64,000 nt of DNA from a bacterium (GTDB lineage Bacteria > Patescibacteriota > Minisyncoccia > Phycocordibacterales > UBA6899). The stretch spans positions 10,242 through 74,241 of the forward strand of contig JAYTWK010000055.1 in NCBI GenBank assembly GCA_043743715.1. The letters are read 5' to 3'. The translations under genes and the position numbers were made by a program. The first letter of the stretch is position 1, and each line of letters starts with the position of its first letter. The notes beneath the pieces are model-generated. The model was not told the origin of the DNA. It saw only the letters and a list, made by a program, of their open reading frames with translations, and did no database searches. Shown piece by piece: positions 19,695-28,586 of the stretch.

Positions 19695-20246
19695 TTATTT
19701 TCTTGGGCTCTGATACTCGTCACGCAAAAGTCCGTACTTGAACATATCTTTCCACTCACCGTTCTTGTACATCTCATGGCGAAACCTTCCTTCCTCTTTA
19801 CATCCGAGTGCGAGCGCAAGCTTCTGCATGCCGACATTATCCTCTGACGTGCCGAGATAGATGCGGTGGAGGTTCAGCTGGTCAAATCCGTGCTCGACGA
19901 TGAGCGTCATCGCTTCTTTCCCGACGCCTTTACCCCAAAAGCTTTTGTCGCCGATAAGGATAGCAAATTCTGCCGATTGATTGGTCTTGTCAATATTCTG
20001 TAGACTGATGTTCCCGATATGCACATCGGTCGCTTTGTCACAAATAGCGAGGATGAGATTGTCGTGTGAAGCGATAGTACTCTCGTAATACGCGAGCATA
20101 TCTTCGTCGTACTGCGGGAAGCGATGGTGCGAATTAAATTCACAAATCTCCACATCATTGAACCAATCGCGATACTTCTCAGTAAGATCCTCCTTTCCGA
20201 TAGTTCGTAGGTAGATATTCGTACCTGAGAGAAATGGTTTTTTCAT
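19695..20246 (-). CDS. GNAT-family N-acetyltransferase (RimL/PseH-like).
   Basis: 183 aa. GNAT motif A GKGVGKEAMTLIVEHGF. Sits immediately downstream of pseB. Confidence 0.65.
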   Translation of the reverse strand: MKKPFLSGTNIYLRTIGKEDLTEKYRDWFNDVEICEFNSHHRFPQYDEDMLAYYESTIASHDNLILAICDKATDVHIGNISLQNIDKTNQSAEFAILIGDKSFWGKGVGKEAMTLIVEHGFDQLNLHRIYLGTSEDNVGMQKLALALGCKEEGRFRHEMYKNGEWKDMFKYGLLRDEYQSPRK

Positions 20247-20257
20247 GATGGGAAGAA

Positions 20258-21274
20258 TTACTTAGAGCCCTTCATCAATTCTTCCATGCGGTCAATGATG
20301 CGCAGCAGTTCTTCTTTTGGCATCGCATTCACTTCGCTATCACTTGAAAAATGGAAGTCAGGCGCGAGTTCTCTTCCTTTATCAAGAAATTTCTGGGCCT
20401 TCGTCCTGCTAAACAGATTAGTATTCTCCGGCAGTACCACATAATAATCACCGAAATCCACCGAATGGCGTGCTTCTTCGCGCGTGAGAAGTATTTCATG
20501 TACTTTCTCGCCCGGACGTATGCCAATGATATTGCGTTTTGCTTTGGGTGCAATAATATCGAACAGATCGGCGAGCTTCATTGTCGCCGCTTTCGGGATG
20601 AAGATCTCGCCTCCCTCCATATTCGTCAGCGCGAACAGCACTATTTCGAATGCCTTATCAAGATCAATCCAAAAACGTGTCATGCGCTCGTCGGTGATAT
20701 GCACGGTATGCGCACCCTTGTTCTGTATCAGTTTCTCAACGATGCTGCCGCGACTACCGACGACATTGCCGTAGCGCACAACACTAAAACGCGTTTGCCC
20801 GCCTCCATATGCATTGCCTGCAATAAATAGTTTTTCTGCGCAAAGTTTCGTAGAGCCGTAGAGATTTGCGGGCATCGCAGCTTTATCAGTCGATACCAGT
20901 ACTGCACGCTCTACACCCTGGTCGATAGCCGCTTCAATCACATTCTGACTGCCAAGGATATTGGTCTTCACCGCCTCGAACGGATTGTATTCAAGTGCGG
21001 GGACTTGCTTTAATGCTGCCGCATGCACCACAATGTCGACACCGTGGAACGCGCGCTGTAGTCGCGGTAGGTCGCGTACATCGCCCAAGAAGAAGCGCAA
21101 ACGCTCATCGGGAATCTCTGCCTCCATGACCGATTGCTTAAGTTCGTCGCGCGAAAACACGATGACCTTCTTGGGATCGCCATTCGCAAGGATATGCTTG
21201 ATGAAATTCTTTCCGAATGATCCTGTGCCGCCGGTGACGAGTACTGTCTTTCCTTTTACAATTTCTAAATCCAT
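20258..21274 (-). CDS. pseB: UDP-N-acetylglucosamine 4,6-dehydratase (inverting), PseB/FlaA1 type.
   Basis: 338 aa. Very close match to the H. pylori FlaA1 / C. jejuni PseB pattern: KTVLVTGGTGSFGK, IVFSRDELKQ, VVRYGNVVGSRGS, LYGSTKLCAEK, TRFWI. Confidence 0.85.
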   Translation of the reverse strand: MDLEIVKGKTVLVTGGTGSFGKNFIKHILANGDPKKVIVFSRDELKQSVMEAEIPDERLRFFLGDVRDLPRLQRAFHGVDIVVHAAALKQVPALEYNPFEAVKTNILGSQNVIEAAIDQGVERAVLVSTDKAAMPANLYGSTKLCAEKLFIAGNAYGGGQTRFSVVRYGNVVGSRGSIVEKLIQNKGAHTVHITDERMTRFWIDLDKAFEIVLFALTNMEGGEIFIPKAATMKLADLFDIIAPKAKRNIIGIRPGEKVHEILLTREEARHSVDFGDYYVVLPENTNLFSRTKAQKFLDKGRELAPDFHFSSDSEVNAMPKEELLRIIDRMEELMKGSK

Positions 21275-21303
21275 AGTGTTCCCATATTACTGACGAATAA
21301 TCC

Positions 21304-22314
21304 TTAAATCAAGCGCGCTGCGCTTTTGGCATTTCTTACACGGATGATGTCTTCGAACGGCAGCGGGGCCTTTTGTTTCCCCAGGAGTGTAATGCTGATG
21401 GTCCGGATCCCACAGAGTACCGAAAGCACCATCGCAACGGTCTCAGTACCGATAACTACCTTTGCAGAAAGAAAGTCGCGGACGATATCTTTTTCTTTTG
21501 ATTTCTCGATAATGACCGTGCGAGCATAATGTTTGATTAAGTCATCGTAGCGCGTGTGGTCATCAGCTGGGTGGAAACGAAGCCGTATGTGATGAGGGGC
21601 TTTTTGTCGAGGAAGATTTGCCAGTAGTTCTCCAAATATCTCCTCCATGCCAGCTACCGCGTCGCTTAAAAACAGTACACCATGGGGACGAGCCGACCCT
21701 AACTTCTCTTTTGTATATCGTTCCTTGACCGCCCTAAAATACTGATTCGGCATGTAGCGAACACTTATCTTCGGAAAGAATTTTTTTGCCAGGAGAAGTG
21801 CGGGGCGATCCCCCACCCAGATTTGATCAGGTAGTCTATCTCTCCAGTTTTTTTCAGGATAACCGAATCGTTCGCGAAAATTTGACCATGACTCGAGGTA
21901 CACCACACTCTTTAGCCCCTTCATTCGAGCCAGAAGAAGTGCTGTAGATTCAATCTTCGTCATCCAGCCACTCCCAAAGAGTGCATAAGAAACGTCGAGA
22001 TGCTGGTCAATCACCAATGCGATCACTCGTCGCTCTTTTGTGACGCGTGAAATAGTTATTCCCTCACGCTGGAATATCTTTACTGCGGGTCCAGCAGCAT
22101 ATACATGAAACTCATTTTTGTCTCTTCGTGCTCGTATGTGGGCAGCAATGATCTCAGCTCCTCCCGCATCATGGGCGATGACAAGAACCTGCGGCAAAAG
22201 TGAAGCAGGTTTCGCGCTTGGATGTCGCGATCCTATGTGAAGTGATTTCTCTTTTTTCATATCTCGCGTGTATGCAGAATGAACATTAGCGTTCAAAATG
22301 TATCTCCTCACCAC
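21304..22314 (-). CDS. GT-B-like protein of uncertain function, possibly a PseG-like UDP-sugar hydrolase or glycosyltransferase.
   Basis: 336 aa. Two-Rossmann-like layout with an N-terminal VLVIAHDAGGAEIIAA. No secure family assignment from sequence alone. Confidence 0.3.
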   Translation of the reverse strand: MVRRYILNANVHSAYTRDMKKEKSLHIGSRHPSAKPASLLPQVLVIAHDAGGAEIIAAHIRARRDKNEFHVYAAGPAVKIFQREGITISRVTKERRVIALVIDQHLDVSYALFGSGWMTKIESTALLLARMKGLKSVVYLESWSNFRERFGYPEKNWRDRLPDQIWVGDRPALLLAKKFFPKISVRYMPNQYFRAVKERYTKEKLGSARPHGVLFLSDAVAGMEEIFGELLANLPRQKAPHHIRLRFHPADDHTRYDDLIKHYARTVIIEKSKEKDIVRDFLSAKVVIGTETVAMVLSVLCGIRTISITLLGKQKAPLPFEDIIRVRNAKSAARLI

Positions 22315-22954
22315 TCACTCCCTTACTCTCGAGCTGTGACCGCATTGCGCCGACAAACTCCGTCCCTCCACAAATATAGAATCCCGCTTGACTATCTCCG
22401 CATCCGGAAAGAAATTTTGTACTCTCCTCTTCATCAGTAACAATATTGTATTTAAAATGTGGGTGCAAATCTGCAAGTCCACGTAGCTCCTCGAGCAATT
22501 CGTCGTAACCTTCAGGCTCTTTGTAGAAGAGTAGCTGCACTGGCTCTTCGGTGGTACGTTTTTTTAGAAGTTCAAGAATCATGGGAATGATCGGTGCGAT
22601 TCCCGCACCCGCACAGATGAACACCGCTGGCTGTTCTTTCTCTTCAAGCACGAAATTTCCCTTTGGCATACTTCCTCGTATCTTCTCATTGAGAGCAACT
22701 CTCGAGAAAAAATTAGAAGCAAGACCTCCGGCACGCATCTTAATGATGACGTCGATGACTCCTTTTTCAGGATGAGAGGCAATAGAAAATGAGCGTTCTT
22801 TAATTTCCTTTCCATCTGGAATGAGCAGTGTGAGGTACTGCCCTGGATGAAAATCAAAATTAATCCCATCAACAAGGATAAGCTCACACAAGAGTACATC
22901 TTTCGCGATCATGCGTTTCTGTGCAACTCGTAGTACTAAAGGGAAATCTTTCAT
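22286..22954 (-). CDS. FNR-like FAD/NAD(P)-binding oxidoreductase (ferredoxin-NADP reductase module).
   Basis: 222 aa. FAD-binding R-x-F-S motif RSFSIAS after HPGQYLTL. NAD-binding GAGIAP in VFICAGAGIAPIIPM. Confidence 0.6.
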   Translation of the reverse strand: MKDFPLVLRVAQKRMIAKDVLLCELILVDGINFDFHPGQYLTLLIPDGKEIKERSFSIASHPEKGVIDVIIKMRAGGLASNFFSRVALNEKIRGSMPKGNFVLEEKEQPAVFICAGAGIAPIIPMILELLKKRTTEEPVQLLFYKEPEGYDELLEELRGLADLHPHFKYNIVTDEEESTKFLSGCGDSQAGFYICGGTEFVGAMRSQLESKGVSGEEIHFER

Positions 22955-22958
22955 GTTG

Positions 22959-23831
22959 CTATCTGAGGTTATTTTTCCACTCTACAAGGAATGGAAATCT
23001 TCTTTTAATCTCATTCTTCAACATCTCTTTGCCTTTGAGTAATCCTACTGCACCAGAAGGTGGCTGGGTATGATTCCCGCAGATGATATTGCCTTGATTA
23101 TCTACCTGTCCAAAATACGAAACCAGGATATGCCCTGGGTGTTGGATGGTCATACCCCCGTGTCCTTCAGTTTTCTTCAAGAATTCGATCCCTTCTTGCC
23201 CAAAGTGTCCACCAATACTGAGCGAAGCACAACCGAACGGTGGAATTTTAAAGGGCTTGCCAACAAGTATATCTCCAGAGAGATTGCTGAGCTTCGGAAC
23301 AAGCTCGACTGAATCTTCATAGGACATGTCTGAGGAGTGATTGATAATAATGTTGAAGGTATCAAGTTCCCCCCCCTTCACCACGACCGGACAGAACATA
23401 AAAAAATTCTTCTTTGATCTGTCTGGTCCTGCATTGACCTCATTAAATGGCCCAATCGCAAACAGTGTCCCACCTGAAGCTGAGTTCCAGTGGAGTGCGA
23501 GATCCTTTGAAGTGAGCGTCTTTTTATTGAATTTTTCACCGCTCACACAAAGTAATATCGTACCCTCTACGATCGCGTCACTAAAACGCTTCTCAATTTC
23601 ATCAGTATCGAGCACAAGCGACTCACTCGGCATAAGTGTTCTTTGGATAATCTGGTGCTTTCTCGTCATGATCCCTTCGGGCGGGAATATGACTGCAGAT
23701 ATCTCTTCGACTCCAGACGAATCATTCTGATAGATAAATAAGCTCTTCGTCTTATCTTTCGGTATACGAAAATATCCAGAGAAGAAAAAATTCGATGGTG
23801 GGATGGTGAGCTCAGGTTTCATAAGCATCAA
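22959..23831 (-). CDS. Hypothetical protein, apparently beta-rich, with no recognisable family.
   Basis: 290 aa. Consistent coding frame. Its start overlaps the upstream hypothetical gene by 4 bp (ATGA). Confidence 0.4.
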   Translation of the reverse strand: MMLMKPELTIPPSNFFFSGYFRIPKDKTKSLFIYQNDSSGVEEISAVIFPPEGIMTRKHQIIQRTLMPSESLVLDTDEIEKRFSDAIVEGTILLCVSGEKFNKKTLTSKDLALHWNSASGGTLFAIGPFNEVNAGPDRSKKNFFMFCPVVVKGGELDTFNIIINHSSDMSYEDSVELVPKLSNLSGDILVGKPFKIPPFGCASLSIGGHFGQEGIEFLKKTEGHGGMTIQHPGHILVSYFGQVDNQGNIICGNHTQPPSGAVGLLKGKEMLKNEIKRRFPFLVEWKNNLR

Positions 23832-24628
23832 AGGTGGTCCCCCTTAAAGGTCTCGGCGCCTTCCATAATGATCAGCGGTTTTCCGAGAATATTTGTTCCA
23901 CTCATCCGAATGCTAAATGGCTCATTGCCAATATGAGCGCCAAGGTGAGGTTCAATGTCAAAGAGGTTAACTTTGTTAGCACCAAGCGAGGTTTCAATGT
24001 TGGGAAGAGTAAGCGAGAGCGACTCACGTTTTGCATTGATGACTGCGAGCGACATGGACGCACTACTTCCTCTCAATTGTGAACCATTCGCATAAAGAAG
24101 ATTTGGAGTACTGTCTTCCGGAAGCATGAGACCGGTCGAAGTCCGGTCATACTCATAAAAACTCGCGGTGGGAAAACCGAGACTATGCATCAGTATCTTG
24201 TGTGTCCTCCCTTTGGTCCTTCTGGTAAGTTCAGTGAAGAAAATCGTTCCAAACGGCTTACTTGCGGTGTACTCTTTGTCATCAAATGCAATCTTCACCC
24301 ACAGTATACCGAATGCGCCATATTTCTTTTCATCAGAGAGCGTGATAACCGCGCCAGCACTTCCATGGAGTGTTCCTGTTTTTGTTTCGATCTTGTTTCC
24401 ACTTGCACTAAAAATATCAACCGACCACTTTGCTCCGGCGTCACTCGAATCGGTAAGCAATGGGAAATAGTTCTGTATGTATATCCGAGTCTCAAACGCT
24501 GTACCGCAAACGAAATACGAAATAGCCCCAACTGGATTAAAAAAAATCTTCGGCAAAAGAACATCAGTCAGTTTCTTTTTTCTGACATGCTGACGAAAGA
24601 TGAAATGCGCGTTTTTGCCTATGTTCAT
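23828..24628 (-). CDS. Hypothetical protein with no recognisable family.
   Basis: The frame is open to 24766, but the upstream 46 codons overlap the C-terminus of the previous gene. An internal Met (MNIGKNAHF...) at 24628 is the more plausible start, giving 267 aa. Confidence 0.35.
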   Translation of the reverse strand: MNIGKNAHFIFRQHVRKKKLTDVLLPKIFFNPVGAISYFVCGTAFETRIYIQNYFPLLTDSSDAGAKWSVDIFSASGNKIETKTGTLHGSAGAVITLSDEKKYGAFGILWVKIAFDDKEYTASKPFGTIFFTELTRRTKGRTHKILMHSLGFPTASFYEYDRTSTGLMLPEDSTPNLLYANGSQLRGSSASMSLAVINAKRESLSLTLPNIETSLGANKVNLFDIEPHLGAHIGNEPFSIRMSGTNILGKPLIIMEGAETFKGDHL

Positions 24629-24647
24629 AGCATAATTATTCCGTTCT

Positions 24648-25451
24648 TTACTTCTTAAGTTGGAACACAAGCCTCGTCTTGCGCCCAGGAGTATGATCGA
24701 CATCATCTCTCCAGAATACATGACCGACTTGCTCGCCGAACAGTGACAGCACACCAGCGATATCACACACCGTGCCTGTACTGTATCCCACCTCCTCGGT
24801 GTATGTCAGTGAACAAGCAATCAGCGCTCCCGGTTTCGATACGCGCACAATCTCTTTGATAGCTTTCGGAAGATCGTAGGCGTAGCGCAGTACCCATGCA
24901 CAGTTGACGGTGTCGAACGTATTGTCATGAAAGGTCATCTCGTGGAGATCCATGATCAGAATACTCGGGCAATAGGTGAAGAGATCGATGCCGACAACAT
25001 CTTTGAATCCGTGCGCCTTAAAGAGAAGTAGTTCGCCTTCGTTCTTCGGTCCAATTGAAAGGGTCTTTCCATTCTTGTTTGCATGAGCTGAAATCAAGAG
25101 ATAGAGAAGTGACTCAGCGCGACGGGAAAACCGGAACACATCGAACTTATTCCAAAAATTGTGATCAATGACGTTGACGTTGTGCTTTGACTGCTCAGTC
25201 ACGGAAATGACGTCAAACACGAAACCGCGACGCGCAAGGAAATACATCGCTCGTAGACCGTACACCGCCTGCAGAACCATTCTCCCCTGCATGAGGTATT
25301 CACGGAAAGAACCTATAAACAGGGGGCGCTCGGGGTAGACGAGCATCTTTATCATCAATTTCAGTCCGCCTTTTCCTGCGAGCCGGAGCGCCTCATGTAG
25401 CGTCACTTTCATCGGAAGCATACTCTCCTCCTTCTTATTGATTGTTTCCAT
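24648..25451 (-). CDS. Divergent class I methyltransferase-like protein.
   Basis: 267 aa. Motif I-like LSIGPKNEGE, an acidic motif II VVGIDL, motif post-I MDLHEMTFHDNTFDTV and ...VSKPGALIA. Confidence 0.45.
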   Translation of the reverse strand: METINKKEESMLPMKVTLHEALRLAGKGGLKLMIKMLVYPERPLFIGSFREYLMQGRMVLQAVYGLRAMYFLARRGFVFDVISVTEQSKHNVNVIDHNFWNKFDVFRFSRRAESLLYLLISAHANKNGKTLSIGPKNEGELLLFKAHGFKDVVGIDLFTYCPSILIMDLHEMTFHDNTFDTVNCAWVLRYAYDLPKAIKEIVRVSKPGALIACSLTYTEEVGYSTGTVCDIAGVLSLFGEQVGHVFWRDDVDHTPGRKTRLVFQLKK

Positions 25452-25520
25452 GTAGAGAACATGTTACCCTAGCCAAATATTCTAAGCAAATGGGCGTTGT
25501 GGCGAAATTATTCATCCAAA

Positions 25521-26840
25521 TTACTTAATTTCAGTGCGCCCTCGATAGACCTTGTGAAAGGCAGAGACTACGTCATCAAGATCACCTTTGGTCATTCCGG
25601 GGCGCATCAGTTCGTGCAGAAATAATTCCGTATAGTGCATCCGCTCAGTGACCGGACACATGCCTTTTTCGTACTTCGCTACGCCTTTATAGAATTCCGA
25701 GCGGAACGGAAAACCCTTTGAACCAAATGCAATCTGTTTCTGAAATATCGGTTGAAGGTAGAGCGGTTTTACATAACCACCGGAGATGAGCGGTCCGTCT
25801 GATTCACGCAAGAGAGACGCAGGGAGTTCTGCGCGTACCGCCTCGAGGAATTTATCGCGCGGAACCCCAACGACCTTTTCATCGTAATGAAATGCCTGCA
25901 CATAATATGCATGGGTTGCACTGTCGCGTACTTTTGCCGGTCTGATACCGGGCATATCTGAAAGTTTCTCAGCGAAATATGCCGCGTTCTTCTGGCGCTC
26001 GGTGATGAGCCCGTCGAGTTTCTTCAGCTGTTCACGACCTATTGCCGCATGAATCTCAGTCATACGATAATTCTGTCCGACCATGTTCACAAGATTGGTA
26101 ACACCCTTATCTTCAACCACAGCTTCAGCATGATTACGGATAAGCTGAAGCCGCTCGGCAAACAGTTCATTGTCGGTGACCACCACAGTCCCCTCTCCGG
26201 TGTGAATATGTTTGTGATAGTTGAGCGAGTACACGCCGATGTCCGCGAGGGTGCCGGCAAACTTCCCTTTGTACATTGCACCCGGTGCCTGAGCACAATC
26301 TTCGATGACGATGAGGTTATGCTTCTTGGCGATGGCATTTATTGTCTCGGCATCATATGGCTGACCCAAGATATCGACCACCAAGATGGCTTTGGTGCGG
26401 GGTGTGATTGCATTCTCGACCGATACCGGGTCAAGGCAAAAATATTCAGGTTCGATATCAGCGAAGACCGGTACTGCTCCGTAAAAGAGTGCGGCGGTCG
26501 CAGACGCTATCATGGTGTACGGCGAAACGATCACCTCATCCCCCGGCTCGATTCCTGCAGCTCCTATGGCGGCAATAAGTCCCGAGGTTGCAGAATTCAT
26601 CGATACAGCGTACTTGGCGCCAAATTTTTCCGCCCACTCTTTCTCGAACGCCTGTACTTCACTGCCTCCATAGAAATCGGGGTCCCAGCATCCGAGATAC
26701 TTCGAGAGTACTCCCGAGTCGAGGACACGCACGGCAGCCTCTTTTTCTTCCTTGCCGATGGTATTGTAGCCTGGGAAGAGTTTATCTTTGCTGCGCACCG
26801 GAGTGCCGCCGTTTATTGCAAGTTCTGACGTGTCTGACAT
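25521..26840 (-). CDS. DegT/DnrJ/EryC1-family PLP-dependent sugar aminotransferase (long form).
   Basis: 439 aa. AVSMNSATSGLIAAI, DEVIVSPYTM and PLP-lysine context YSLNYHKHIHTGEG. Confidence 0.8.
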   Translation of the reverse strand: MSDTSELAINGGTPVRSKDKLFPGYNTIGKEEKEAAVRVLDSGVLSKYLGCWDPDFYGGSEVQAFEKEWAEKFGAKYAVSMNSATSGLIAAIGAAGIEPGDEVIVSPYTMIASATAALFYGAVPVFADIEPEYFCLDPVSVENAITPRTKAILVVDILGQPYDAETINAIAKKHNLIVIEDCAQAPGAMYKGKFAGTLADIGVYSLNYHKHIHTGEGTVVVTDNELFAERLQLIRNHAEAVVEDKGVTNLVNMVGQNYRMTEIHAAIGREQLKKLDGLITERQKNAAYFAEKLSDMPGIRPAKVRDSATHAYYVQAFHYDEKVVGVPRDKFLEAVRAELPASLLRESDGPLISGGYVKPLYLQPIFQKQIAFGSKGFPFRSEFYKGVAKYEKGMCPVTERMHYTELFLHELMRPGMTKGDLDDVVSAFHKVYRGRTEIK

Positions 26841-26851
26841 GATAATGAGAG

Positions 26852-27856
26852 TTATTTAGCTGAGGCGAGTAATCTGAGTGATGTCTGCTGCGTTTGTATT
26901 GCTTCAGAAAGTGTAGACATGGGCTTTACTTTCTTATCGAGGAGGAGTGCCGCATGGGTATAGAGGTGTTCAAACATATGATCAAGCCCTGTTTTCATTG
27001 TGACCGGTTTTGCGAGTGCACGAAATCCTTTGTACATCGGATCAGGTACTACATCCTGCATTGTTACCTCAAAACCAAAGTTGGTGAAGTGGATACGTTT
27101 TTTTTCCGTGTATATCTCAAGCTCAAACACCGAATATGCCTTTTCGTCTCCGGTCATTATTGAGAACTGAGGACAATGTTCAAACGTCGCAAATCCTGAA
27201 ACACTGGGAGCTGTTTTGGAATGATCAAGGGTTTTTGAAAGTCCCTTGATGCTTTTGAGTTTGCCGAAGAAGAAATGAGCTAAATCGAAGAGATGCGGGC
27301 CATTGTGCAGTATGCCGTTGGTATAGATGCCGTTCGCAGATATCACATTGCCGTATGTACCCTTACGAAGCGCACCCTGCACCTCGTGCACAACAGGGTC
27401 GAAGTGGCGAGAAAAATTGACCAGAGTCGGAATTTTCATCGGCATCACTCTCTCGGTGAGGCGCTTAAGTTCCTGTGTCGACATTCCAACAGGTTTTTCG
27501 CAAATGATAAGCTTTGGTCTTTCGAGTGAAACTTCCTCAAGCAGTTTCGCATGCGTATCATCAGGAGTTGTAATCACAACGATATCCGGACGCTCTGCGA
27601 GCATGCTCTTCAAATCAGGATAGAACTTGGTTTTCCATTTATCTGCCTCGTGCTTCCCGGCAGTTTTGTCGACCTGGTTTGTCATGCCGATAAGCCTCAC
27701 GCGGGGATGGACGGTAAGTGCATGTGCATGCGTAAGTATCGCTTTCGACTTCGGATCATCAAACGTCGACGCTATTCTCCCGCTGCCGATAATAGCTGCG
27801 GTATAGATTTTAAAGTGTTTAGAGTTCATATGCTTTTTTTTGCTTGGTTTCTGCAT
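26852..27856 (-). CDS. Gfo/Idh/MocA-family oxidoreductase.
   Basis: 334 aa. N-terminal KIYTAAIIGSGRIAS. Family-typical length. Confidence 0.7.
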   Translation of the reverse strand: MQKPSKKKHMNSKHFKIYTAAIIGSGRIASTFDDPKSKAILTHAHALTVHPRVRLIGMTNQVDKTAGKHEADKWKTKFYPDLKSMLAERPDIVVITTPDDTHAKLLEEVSLERPKLIICEKPVGMSTQELKRLTERVMPMKIPTLVNFSRHFDPVVHEVQGALRKGTYGNVISANGIYTNGILHNGPHLFDLAHFFFGKLKSIKGLSKTLDHSKTAPSVSGFATFEHCPQFSIMTGDEKAYSVFELEIYTEKKRIHFTNFGFEVTMQDVVPDPMYKGFRALAKPVTMKTGLDHMFEHLYTHAALLLDKKVKPMSTLSEAIQTQQTSLRLLASAK

Positions 27857-28586
27857 TGATGGCGACGACCTCGGGATGATTCCGTAAATACTTTACGATA
27901 GCAGTTGCTGAGAAGTATGGATCCTGCGGCAGTAATGCATCGGCGACCGCGCATAGTGCTTTGTAGTCATTCTCCTCATCGAGCGTCATGCGTAGGTCAG
28001 GACCATACGTGTCTTGGTCAGCTTCAAAATTGTAGCAGCGGAAACGGTCCTTGTGGGTGTAAATATAGTATGAAACATGCGTGCGGTCTACTGGGTCTTT
28101 TGTAAGTGTGTCGACCTCAGCAAGTGCCTTAGTCGAAAACACCTGTACATCGAATCCGTTGGCGAATGTCTGATGGTCGGGCTCGGTTGTGTTGCCAACA
28201 TAATCCACCTCATGTTCGAAGTATTCCGATATCCCCCGGTCAACGATTTCCGCGTCCATAAACGGGCAGTCAGAAGTAATTTCGACGATCACATCTGCAT
28301 GTGCATATGTAGCTGCACCAAGTACACGTCCGAGTACGTCTTCTTCACTGCCGCGGAATACTGAAACACCGAGATGCTCTCCGAGCATGACTATCGGCTC
28401 GTCGGCGGCATTCACGGTGGTTGCAATACATATACCGTCGAGGTATCTGCTCTGCCTTAGGCGCATGATGAGCATCTCAAGCGCAGGCATTCCCGCAATG
28501 GGGCGCAGCACCTTCCCCGGCAAGCGCGATGAGGTCATGCGCGCTTCGATGGTCGCAATGATGCGTTCATTCTGTTTCTTGTACAT
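27819..28586 (-). CDS. SpsF/PseF-type cytidylyltransferase, paralog of 8281-9057.
   Basis: 255 aa. RIIATIEARMTSSRLPGKVL. Confidence 0.7.
   Translation of the reverse strand: MYKKQNERIIATIEARMTSSRLPGKVLRPIAGMPALEMLIMRLRQSRYLDGICIATTVNAADEPIVMLGEHLGVSVFRGSEEDVLGRVLGAATYAHADVIVEITSDCPFMDAEIVDRGISEYFEHEVDYVGNTTEPDHQTFANGFDVQVFSTKALAEVDTLTKDPVDRTHVSYYIYTHKDRFRCYNFEADQDTYGPDLRMTLDEENDYKALCAVADALLPQDPYFSATAIVKYLRNHPEVVAINAETKQKKAYEL

Noticed and set aside
26049-26828. 259-aa plus-strand ORF, along with many other long antisense ORFs (e.g. 55817-56743, 36247-36822, 14829-15488, 17990-18535, 19004-19579, 58177-58890).
   Set aside because: Each lies entirely inside a well-supported minus-strand gene with clear family motifs. 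They are shadow ORFs of the coding frame, not genes.
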